This document shows positions 19,759 through 27,611 of a DNA stretch of 64,000 nt, piece by piece. Position numbers and translations under genes: made by a program. A model generated the notes under the pieces. It was not told where the DNA came from. It ran no database searches and saw only the letters and a list, made by a program, of their open reading frames with translations. The DNA comes from Candidatus Cloacimonadales bacterium (GTDB lineage: Bacteria > Cloacimonadota > Cloacimonadia > Cloacimonadales > JAFGVF01): the NCBI GenBank assembly GCA_963662585.1, contig OY759729.1:224001-288000 (forward strand), given 5' to 3'. How positions within the stretch are numbered: position 1 is the stretch's first letter; every line of letters begins with the position of its first letter.

Positions 19759-19919
19759 TTTTTCTTAGTCCTTCTAGTTTTAGGAAAAATTATCTCAAGC
19801 TGTTCTTCTTTTCTATCGAAATTAGGGCAGGTTAGTAGAGCTAATGTTTTTAGCTGTTTACACTTCTTTTTACATTTAAGACATAAGTCGTTATATTCTA
19901 TAAATTCTTTTTTTTTCAT
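19755..19919 (-). CDS. Small 54-aa Cys-rich protein, absent from the ORF track
   Basis: Manual translation MKKKEFIEYNDLCLKCKKKCKQLKTLALLTCPNFDRKEEQLEIIFPKTRRTKKK*. Starts 1 nt after the upstream stop and ends in an ATGA overlap with rsmD. Confidence 0.75.
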   Translation of the reverse strand: MKKKEFIEYNDLCLKCKKKCKQLKTLALLTCPNFDRKEEQLEIIFPKTRRTKKK

Positions 19920-19920
19920 A

Positions 19921-20577
19921 TTAACTATTTTCTATTTTTATAGATGATAAAAGTAAGAATAGGTCTCCTATTTTTATTTCTGAAATTTTTGTATCCTTAT
20001 TATAGTATGTATAGAGAATATTGACGAAATCTTCTACTGTTACCTCAGTATTAATATCCTCACTCTCATTAAGTATCTCATGATAATCTTCTTTTGGTTT
20101 TTCATTCATATCGTCCCCTACCGGATAATAAGATTGCCCTTTTTCTTTTTTTGTAAAGATTGAAACTAACTCTTTATTTTTATTATAATAGAATTCTTCT
20201 GAGGGAACTATTTGAAAATAGTTCTTCTCTTCATCATTAAACAAAATATTAATTAAAGAGTTGTATTCAGGTAGAATTACCTGTTTTTCCTCACCTACTT
20301 CATCCTTGTCTGCTTCACTAGGAGCATTAACTTCAAAAATAATTCCATCCCGATTTTGCTTTTCTTCATTAGACAAAACAATCTTAGTTAAAGATACTTC
20401 TTCATCTTCAACTATATGTTCAGGATTTAATTTTGCTCTTAAGTTCATTACTTTGGTGGCAAAATTATATTTTCCTGTTTCAGTTAGATGTTCATAAATC
20501 CTTAAAGCATCTAAATACAATCCTTGCTGTTCATAAAGTTTAGCAAGTGTTGGAGTTGGATTAAATTTGAATTTCAG
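19921..20577 (-). CDS. Hypothetical protein with an N-terminal TPR-like repeat; probable CTG start
   Basis: In-frame extension upstream of the TTG at 20520 reads KFKFNPTPTLAKLYEQQG-LYLDALRIYEHL. GGAG lies 6 nt before CTG 20577. Confidence 0.6.
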   Translation of the reverse strand: MKFKFNPTPTLAKLYEQQGLYLDALRIYEHLTETGKYNFATKVMNLRAKLNPEHIVEDEEVSLTKIVLSNEEKQNRDGIIFEVNAPSEADKDEVGEEKQVILPEYNSLINILFNDEEKNYFQIVPSEEFYYNKNKELVSIFTKKEKGQSYYPVGDDMNEKPKEDYHEILNESEDINTEVTVEDFVNILYTYYNKDTKISEIKIGDLFLLLSSIKIENS

Positions 20578-20594
20578 TTTTCTCTCCCAAATCT

Positions 20595-21218
20595 TTACTT
20601 TATTCCAATATAAAATTCTTCTTCAATTTTAGCAAGTGTTTTTTTACCGATACCTTTTATAGATAGAAGTTCTTGCATATCAGTTAGTCCCTTATTATTA
20701 TCTCTGAATTGCAGGATCTGATTTGCTTTCTTTTGGCCTATACCTTTAACTTTCATTAAATCTTCAAGGCTTGCTTTATTGATATCCAACTTATTTTTAA
20801 GAGAAATTACTTTTTCTTTAGTTTCTTTACTATTAATGATATTTAGTGAATCACTAGCTAATGGTTTTAGGTAAGGAAGCCACTTAGCTAAACTCTTTTC
20901 CCCAATTCCGTTTATTTGCAGTAAATCATAATTGGAATTAATCCCCACTGAATCTCTAAAGGCAATAATCTTATCAGCAGTTTGCCCACCTATTCCCTTA
21001 ATTTGGACTAATTCATCTTTTGTGGCTTTCCTAATATCCAAAGATAATTCATAGGCTTTTTCAATATCAGCCTTGATGGAATCAGATGAAACTTCTTCAG
21101 AATAAAGCGTATTAAAAGGTTTGTTCATAGCTAGAATAGAAATAAACCCTATCGCCAAAAGAAGCATTAATACTTTTTGTTGACTAGGCGTTAAATAGTT
21201 TCTCAGGAAATTCTTCAT
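20595..21218 (-). CDS. ComEA-family helix-hairpin-helix DNA-binding protein with two HhH2 modules
   Basis: N-terminal TM; DIRKAT..L..IKGIG and DINKAS..L..VKGIG..IKGIGKKT. Confidence 0.8.
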   Translation of the reverse strand: MKNFLRNYLTPSQQKVLMLLLAIGFISILAMNKPFNTLYSEEVSSDSIKADIEKAYELSLDIRKATKDELVQIKGIGGQTADKIIAFRDSVGINSNYDLLQINGIGEKSLAKWLPYLKPLASDSLNIINSKETKEKVISLKNKLDINKASLEDLMKVKGIGQKKANQILQFRDNNKGLTDMQELLSIKGIGKKTLAKIEEEFYIGIK

Positions 21219-21221
21219 AGT

Positions 21222-21614
21222 CTATTTCTTTATTTTAACAAAGGTCGCATTAGCTTCTACACATAGATGGCCATCAAGTTCTATTCTTCCCAGGGTTTTA
21301 ACAGTCCTACTCTTTTCTTGAATAATCTCACCAGTGATTTTTATCTCTTTGCCAGTTGGTACAGCTCTGCGATATTTAATAGTAATTTCACCTGTAACAG
21401 CCTCCATACCTTTTGAGAGGATAATCTTTGCCATTGCTTCATCAAGTAAAGTAGCAATGATTCCTCCGTGGGTTATATTTTCATAACCTTGAAAATTCTC
21501 TGAAACAGTATAGTAGGCAACAGCTTGATTCTCTGGATATTCAAAAGTAAGCTTTAAACCGATTGGATTATTCTGTCCGCAAGCAAAGCAGTTATTATAA
21601 ATAGCTTCTGTCAT
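21222..21614 (-). CDS. PaaI/hotdog-fold thioesterase
   Basis: CFACGQNNPIGLKL, HGGIIATLLDEAM. Confidence 0.85.
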   Translation of the reverse strand: MTEAIYNNCFACGQNNPIGLKLTFEYPENQAVAYYTVSENFQGYENITHGGIIATLLDEAMAKIILSKGMEAVTGEITIKYRRAVPTGKEIKITGEIIQEKSRTVKTLGRIELDGHLCVEANATFVKIKK

Positions 21615-21753
21615 AATATCTCCATTTATTCTTTATTTGACAATAATATCTCTAATAAAAAAAAGGTAAAGTATTTTTTTAAAAATTATCTTCATAAAAT
21701 GATTATTATATTGATTTAAACAGAAATTAACCTTGATTGGCAAGAAATTACTA

Positions 21754-21781
21754 TTGACACTATTTACTTATATTTTATAAT
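21754..21781 (+). promoter_or_regulatory. Consensus sigma70 promoter
   Basis: TTGACA (21754-21759), 16 nt, TATAAT (21776-21781), ahead of the divergent + strand gene run. Confidence 0.75.
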
Positions 21782-21841
21782 AGTCTTAGATAAATAATTA
21801 TAAAATAACTAAAATAAAGTAAGGATGTACTAAGGTTTATA

Positions 21842-22417
21842 ATGAAAATATTTAACAGAATATTATTAATATTTGTAGTTTTAATAACTCTTTCCTGTGG
21901 AATCTTTGATCCTCGTAAGAGTGATGATCCCGAGAACCCTGTTCCCTGGGTATCCTATCCTATTAATAAGGAACAGATTATGGAAAACCTAAAGTATAGT
22001 TATAACTATTCTGAAAACACTAATAACTATGAGAAAATATTCACTGATGATTTCATCTTTTATTTTTCTTCTCAAGATATAAATGAACACAGTACTCCTT
22101 CGCAACTTAACATTGGACAAGAGAAAGAGATGTTAATTAATCTTCATAAAGACATGATTGGTTTAGAAAAAGCTGTTTTCTTAGACAGTCTGAACGCTTT
22201 AGCGGATCAAGATGATATTGTTAATAGTGATTCTGCAACTCTGTATAGAACCTATTATTTAAGAATTGATGGAAGGAATCCTCAAGTCTATCAAGGGCAG
22301 GCGGAATTTCATCTTATTCTTAGTAGCGATAATTCTTGGAAGATTAAAATTTGGAGAGATTACCGAACAACTTCAAACCAAACTTGGGGGCTTTTGAAAA
22401 ATGACTACACATTATAA
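21842..22417 (+). CDS. Hypothetical lipoprotein, probable NTF2-like fold
   Basis: Lipobox TLSC; YEKIFTDDFIF..WKIKIWRD pattern. Confidence 0.65.
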   Translation: MKIFNRILLIFVVLITLSCGIFDPRKSDDPENPVPWVSYPINKEQIMENLKYSYNYSENTNNYEKIFTDDFIFYFSSQDINEHSTPSQLNIGQEKEMLINLHKDMIGLEKAVFLDSLNALADQDDIVNSDSATLYRTYYLRIDGRNPQVYQGQAEFHLILSSDNSWKIKIWRDYRTTSNQTWGLLKNDYTL

Positions 22418-22976
22418 ATTACTGCTAATTTTAGTACTGATGCTATTACTGGGATGTGAGAATCCTTTTAATCCTTCATCACACAACGATAATCCAACTG
22501 ATTTTGAGCCTAACACAACAATACCACAACTACTCATTAATCTTGAAGATGCTTACAGACAGAAGAATTTAGACTTATATGAGTATTGTTTAGCTGATGA
22601 TTTTAGATTTCAGTTGATAGCTTCAGAAGTATCTGATATAGGTATAGACTTAGATAATGATGGAGTTAATGATGATGAATGGGGTTTTCAGCAAGAGATT
22701 GAATATCATAAGAATTTGTTTGAAACAGGTTCTTCTGATGGACAGTATCCTCCTCCAGACCAAATTGATTTGCGTTTCGGTGGAGAGCCAATTATTGATG
22801 ATGATTTAGAAGAAGGGCATGAGGGATGGAAGATCGTATCCACTTATTTCACTTTGAATCTTACTTTTTTAAATAGTACCAATATCAGTGCTTTAGGTTA
22901 TGCAAGATTCTATTTAAAACCAATTAATGAAGAGTGGAAGATTGCGATTTGGCGTGATGAGTCCAGTATCTATTAG
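22401..22976 (+). CDS. Hypothetical lipoprotein, paralog of the upstream gene
   Basis: Lipobox LLGC; YEYCLADDFRF..WKIAIWRD. Confidence 0.65.
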   Translation: MTTHYKLLLILVLMLLLGCENPFNPSSHNDNPTDFEPNTTIPQLLINLEDAYRQKNLDLYEYCLADDFRFQLIASEVSDIGIDLDNDGVNDDEWGFQQEIEYHKNLFETGSSDGQYPPPDQIDLRFGGEPIIDDDLEEGHEGWKIVSTYFTLNLTFLNSTNISALGYARFYLKPINEEWKIAIWRDESSIY

Positions 22977-22989
22977 GAAGTAAATTATT

Positions 22990-23403
22990 ATGGATAGATT
23001 AATGGCCATAGATTATGGCGAAAAAAGAATTGGAATAGCTCTTACAGACCCCTTAAAGATGTTTGCCAAACCTTTTCAAGTGTTGGAGAATAAAGGCAAA
23101 CAGATATTTTTAAGTGATTTAGCAGTTCTGATTAAAGAACAGTGTGTTTCAGAGATTATATTAGGCTATCCCTTAGGAGAAAGTGGTCAGCAAACTAAAA
23201 AGACTTTAGAAATTATCAAATTACATAAATTTTTAGTAAAGAACTTAGATATAAAAATTACTCTACATGATGAGAGATTTTCTACTGTTGATGCTAACAA
23301 TGAATTAAAAAGATTAGGCTATAATTATATGCAAGCTAAGAAAGTTATCGATATGGTTGCAGCAAGTTTAATTCTGAAATCATACCTAGAGGAGCTTAAT
23401 TAG
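22990..23403 (+). CDS. ruvX: YqgF/RuvX pre-16S rRNA nuclease / resolvase-like protein
   Basis: MAIDYGEKRIGIALTD, GYP, DERFST, IDMVAASLIL. Confidence 0.9.
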   Translation: MDRLMAIDYGEKRIGIALTDPLKMFAKPFQVLENKGKQIFLSDLAVLIKEQCVSEIILGYPLGESGQQTKKTLEIIKLHKFLVKNLDIKITLHDERFSTVDANNELKRLGYNYMQAKKVIDMVAASLILKSYLEELN

Positions 23404-23407
23404 TAAA

Positions 23408-24430
23408 ATGAAAAGTACAATGAGAAAAATAATTTCTGTTTTAATCGTAGCTATCTCTATTTTTAGCTATATGGCTTTCAAAGCTATTAAAACCCCTACC
23501 TTAGAAAATGAAGCAACTGTTATCACTTTAAATATTGAGAGTGGTTCTTCTGTTTCTCAAATTGCAGACAAACTAGTAAGAGCTCAGTTAATTACTAATG
23601 CCAAATGGTTCAAGCTCTACACTATGCTTACTGGTAAAGATAAAGAGATTAAAAGTGGTGTTTATAAAATTAGAGGTGGACTTAATTTAATTGAGATTGT
23701 AGACTTTATTACCAATAATGAGAATCAAGAAGTGTATTTTTATCCTAATAAAATATCAATACCAGAAGGTTTAGCTTTGGAGCAAATTGAAAAGAAGTTA
23801 ATTGAAGCTAGGTTAGGAAGTAAAGAAGAGATTAAAAATATATTTTATGATAAGAAGTTTATTAAATCTCAACTTGGAATAGAAGCTAGCTCATTAGAAG
23901 GCTTTATTTACCCTAAAACCTATTTCTATGAAGATGGTATTACTCTCAAAGAGTTTTTAATTAAATATCCTCTTAATGAATTTAAGAAAGAGTTTGCTGA
24001 ATCATTAACAGACTCTTCTTTTTACAAGAATTTAATCTTAGCCTCTATTGTAGAAAAAGAATCGGGCTCTGCAGCTGAAAAACCTATTGTTGCTTCTGTC
24101 TTTAAAAACCGGCTAAAGAAGCGGATGACCCTCTCTTCCTGCGCAACCCACAATAAAATCTTTTTTGCAAGAGGAAAAAAGCCACCAAAAGTCTTACTTA
24201 ATGTTCATTTAGATATTGATTCGCCTTATAATACATATAGAAATATCGGACTCCCTCCTACACCAATTTGTTCCCCAGCTAAAGATAGCTTTGAGGCAGT
24301 TGTTTCCGGAGTTAATACAGATTACCTTTATTTCTTTGCTGATTTTAAAGGAAATAATATTTTCTCTGTTACCTATCAAGAACACAATCGTAAAAAAAAA
24401 AGCTCTTGGCGAAATAACAGTTTAAGATAA
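23408..24430 (+). CDS. mltG: Endolytic transglycosylase MltG/YceG
   Basis: IPEG, LEGFIYPKTY, LASIVEKE, SPYNTYRNIGLPPTPI, YLYF. Confidence 0.9.
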   Translation: MKSTMRKIISVLIVAISIFSYMAFKAIKTPTLENEATVITLNIESGSSVSQIADKLVRAQLITNAKWFKLYTMLTGKDKEIKSGVYKIRGGLNLIEIVDFITNNENQEVYFYPNKISIPEGLALEQIEKKLIEARLGSKEEIKNIFYDKKFIKSQLGIEASSLEGFIYPKTYFYEDGITLKEFLIKYPLNEFKKEFAESLTDSSFYKNLILASIVEKESGSAAEKPIVASVFKNRLKKRMTLSSCATHNKIFFARGKKPPKVLLNVHLDIDSPYNTYRNIGLPPTPICSPAKDSFEAVVSGVNTDYLYFFADFKGNNIFSVTYQEHNRKKKSSWRNNSLR

Positions 24431-24446
24431 TTAAAGGATATAATTA

Positions 24447-25142
24447 ATGAGAAAAGTTACAATTACTCCTAATATCAATATGTGGTCTTTAGGTTCAGTT
24501 ATTATTGAAGTCGGCAATACCAAAATCATCTGTAATGTTACCCTAGATGATAATCCTCCTTCTTTTTGTGCAGAAAAGAGACAAGGCTGGTTAACTGCTG
24601 AGTATAGTATGTTACCTGCTGCCACCAATTACCGAACAAAACGAGAAGTTACCAGAGGTAAAATTACAGGTCGAACTGCTGAAATTCAAAGACTTATAGG
24701 TAGAGCACTTCGAGGCATAGTTGATTTAAAAGCCTTAGAAGGTTATGGAATCACAGTTGACTGTGATGTTATTCAAGCTGATGGTGGAACGAGAACAGCA
24801 TCTATTACAGGAGCTTGTGTGGCTTTGGAAATAGCATTTTCTAAACTTCTTGCTGAAGGTTTAATTATGACTAATCCCCTAAAAGAAAGAGTAGCTGCTA
24901 TCAGTGTCGGTATAGTAAATGACCAAGTTGTACTAGATATGGACTATAATAATGATTCTCAGGCAGAAGTAGATTTAAATGTAGTAATGACCGAGTCAGG
25001 CAAACTAATCGAATTGCAAGGAACCGCAGAAGGGTCACCTTTCAGCAGAGCAGATTTAGATAAGATGCTATCAGCTGCCGAGACTGGAATTAAGAAGCTA
25101 ATAGCTATTCAGGCTAAATCGCTGTCAGAAGTAGTTAATTAA
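24447..25142 (+). CDS. rph: Ribonuclease PH
   Basis: GWLTAEYSMLP, RTAEIQRLIGRALR, DCDVIQADGGTRTASITG, QGTAEG. Confidence 0.95.
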   Translation: MRKVTITPNINMWSLGSVIIEVGNTKIICNVTLDDNPPSFCAEKRQGWLTAEYSMLPAATNYRTKREVTRGKITGRTAEIQRLIGRALRGIVDLKALEGYGITVDCDVIQADGGTRTASITGACVALEIAFSKLLAEGLIMTNPLKERVAAISVGIVNDQVVLDMDYNNDSQAEVDLNVVMTESGKLIELQGTAEGSPFSRADLDKMLSAAETGIKKLIAIQAKSLSEVVN

Positions 25143-25167
25143 ATAAATAAATAAATTAGGATATAAT

Positions 25168-25617
25168 ATGATTAAACAACATAGAGAAATTACCGACCCA
25201 AACCACATTGAAGCTATCTTTAAATTATCCATTGTTTGTCGAGTTGCTTTTAATGATTCACCTGCACCATATATTATTCCGATGAATTATGGTTATCATG
25301 ATAATAAGCTGTATCTTCATACTGCTAATCTTGGCTATAAACTGGATCTTATTAAGCAGAATAACAATGTTGGATTTGTTATAGAAAACCGTCTTGAGAT
25401 GGTTCAAGGTAATAACGGAACAACAATGAAATATCAGTCTATTGTAGGCCAAGGAATCATAGAAGTTATTCAAGATGCTGATGAAAAGCAAAAAGCACTT
25501 AAATATCTAATCGAGCACCATGGTGGAAAATTCTCTCAACACTCCGAGAAATCACTAGCCAGTGTAACCATGCTGGTGATAAATATTACTAAATTAACAG
25601 CCAAAGCAAATTTATAA
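25168..25617 (+). CDS. Pyridoxamine 5'-phosphate oxidase-like flavin-binding protein (NimA-like)
   Basis: CRVAF..PYIIPMNYGY..LYLH..G.KLDLI..N.NV.F, YQSIVG.G. Confidence 0.8.
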   Translation: MIKQHREITDPNHIEAIFKLSIVCRVAFNDSPAPYIIPMNYGYHDNKLYLHTANLGYKLDLIKQNNNVGFVIENRLEMVQGNNGTTMKYQSIVGQGIIEVIQDADEKQKALKYLIEHHGGKFSQHSEKSLASVTMLVINITKLTAKANL

Positions 25618-25632
25618 AGCAGAAGAGGAAAT

Positions 25633-26775
25633 ATGTTTGAATATTTAAAAACCGGCAAGTATTTTGCCCAAGTAGCCGGTGGATTAGAAGCACATGCCCA
25701 AGAAGAATTAATCTCCTTAGGTGCAGAAATTATCCAAGAAGTACCTAGAGGATTCAGATTCGCTTGTGACAAAGAAACCCTATACAAAATCATCTATAAA
25801 GCAAGATTAATCCAAAGAGTATTAGCTCCTCTGATTAGTTTAGATTGCCATAGCGAAAAATATCTCTATTCTCAACTTAACAAGAATGTAGATTGGATAT
25901 CTCTTTTTAATTTAGATGAGACATTCTCAATTGTAAGTAATGTGAGCGATTCTAAAATAGGTAATTCTCTATACGCGGGTCAAGTTATGAAAGATGCTAT
26001 TTGCGACCAATTCAGGGATAAATTTAATGCTAGACCTAACTTTACGACCAAAGACCCTGATATATCCTTCTCGCTTCATATTAGGAAAAACCTAGCAACT
26101 GTTTCTTTTGATGTTGCAGGAAAAAGCTTGCATAAAAGAAACTACCGTCAGGGTGTTAATGTTGCACCTATGCAAGAGACTCTAGCAGCAGCAGTAATAA
26201 AACTTACTGAATGGCATGGTGAGACTATCCTTATGGATGTTATGTGTGGTTCAGGAACCCTTATCATAGAAGCTTTAATGAAATATTGCAATATCCCAGC
26301 AGGTTATCTCCGTGATGATAGCGGTATTTATTATCTTCCTGATTTTAACGAAGAACTCTGGCTTAAAGTAAGAAAAGATGCCAATGATGAAATCATTGAA
26401 CTACCTGAAGGACTTATCTTTGGTTCTGATGTTAGCTCAAAATCTCTATCTTATACCCGTAAAGCCTTAGATCTTTTACCTTCAGGGGATAAAGTTACTC
26501 TCAAAGTTTCTAAATTCCAAGACCTTCCAGTAGGTGAGAATCGCACAATAGTCTGCAATCCCCCTTATGGTGTCAGAATGGGAAACCTAGATAGAACAGT
26601 AGAACTTTACAAAGAAATAGGTGATTTCCTTAAACAAAAATGCCCAAAAAGCACTGCTTATGTTCTTTGCGGAAGTGCTGAATTAGTACCTAAATTAAGA
26701 CTAAGAGCTCATTGGAAAAAGTCTTTAAAAAATGGTAATCTTGATACTAAGTTAGCTAAGATTATTATTAAATAG
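25633..26775 (+). CDS. THUMP-domain class I SAM RNA methyltransferase (RlmL/YpsC-like)
   Basis: SLHKRNYR..APMQETLAAA, DVMCGSGT..IEA, CNPPYGVR. Confidence 0.88.
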   Translation: MFEYLKTGKYFAQVAGGLEAHAQEELISLGAEIIQEVPRGFRFACDKETLYKIIYKARLIQRVLAPLISLDCHSEKYLYSQLNKNVDWISLFNLDETFSIVSNVSDSKIGNSLYAGQVMKDAICDQFRDKFNARPNFTTKDPDISFSLHIRKNLATVSFDVAGKSLHKRNYRQGVNVAPMQETLAAAVIKLTEWHGETILMDVMCGSGTLIIEALMKYCNIPAGYLRDDSGIYYLPDFNEELWLKVRKDANDEIIELPEGLIFGSDVSSKSLSYTRKALDLLPSGDKVTLKVSKFQDLPVGENRTIVCNPPYGVRMGNLDRTVELYKEIGDFLKQKCPKSTAYVLCGSAELVPKLRLRAHWKKSLKNGNLDTKLAKIIIK

Positions 26776-26786
26776 AAGAAGAGATA

Positions 26787-26824
26787 GAGAGACGGAGAGA
26801 CGGAGAGACGGAGAGACGGAGAGA
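26787..26824 (+). repeat. Octamer tandem repeat (GAGAGACG)x4 plus a partial copy
   Basis: Read directly, starting 11 nt after the stop at 26775. Confidence 0.95.
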
Positions 26825-26844
26825 AATAGAGTAGAAAATACTTT

Positions 26845-26882
26845 CACACGAATTAGCACTAATTAAGACGAATTTCACGAAT
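26845..26882 (+). repeat. Degenerate CACGAAT(T) short tandem repeat, 4 copies
   Basis: cacacgaattag-cactaattaa-gacgaattt-cacgaat. Confidence 0.7.
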
Positions 26883-26896
26883 GTAGGCTCAAGATT

Positions 26897-27552
26897 AATC
26901 CCCTTCTATGAGGGGGACGCAGGGGGTGTTTCCTATGGAATGGAAGCGTCCCTGCTTCCAGCTGGCGACGCGGAGGTCCCCAGTCCATAGGCACTTGCTT
27001 CCATTAACTGGGGTTACGGACCTTTAGTCCGTGAATTTTAAATTATGGAGTGGAAGCGTCCCCGCTTCCAGCTGGAGACGCGGAGGTCCCCAGTCCATAG
27101 GCACCTTCTTCCATTAACTGGGGTTACGGACCTTTAGTCCGTGAATGTCAAACTCTCCGCTTTAGTGCTGAAGGCACGCTATAAGAGGGGTGGCTGCGAA
27201 GCAGCTTTTAACTGGGAACGCAGGCATCTTGCCTGCACCCAGCATGAAATGCTGGGTAATCTTAAGATAATATTAGATTTTGATAAGGTGTTTCGCATGC
27301 AAGGTGCATGCAATCCGGCAGAAGAAGTCTTTGCTCATTTATAATTTATCCCCTTCAGCGAGGAGGAAACAGGGGGTGTTTTTCTTCTATGGAGTGGAAG
27401 CGTCCCTGCTTCCAGCTGGCGACGCGGAGGTCCCCAGTCCATAGGCACCTGCTTCCATTAACTGGGGTTACGGACCTTTAGTCCGTGAATGTCAAACTCC
27501 CCGCTTTAGTGCTGAAGGCACGCTAAAAGAGGGGATGATAATTCACCCCTAC
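26897..27552. repeat. REP/BIME-like mosaic array 2; same modules as array 1, reverse orientation
   Basis: About 110-bp B-F2-C units at 26934, 27044 and 27388. D at 26897 and 27348, E at 27153 and 27497, A at 27291. Also GCAGGCATCTTGCCTGC (27220-27236), ACCCAGCATGAAATGCTGGGT (27237-27257) and a GTAG-footed hairpin (27531-27552). Confidence 0.9.
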
Positions 27553-27611
27553 ATAACCCCTTCCATGAGGTGAACAATAGTCATTTATTCAAAAAGGAGT
27601 AAGATTTAACC

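Noticed and set aside
24392..24401. A10 tract at the end of mltG as a phase-variation or frameshift site
   Set aside because: It lies after the conserved domain and encodes Lys residues; slippage would change only the last few residues.
27141..27344. 67-aa ORF inside array 2
   Set aside because: Made entirely of repeat modules, with a GTG start inside module C; most likely spurious.
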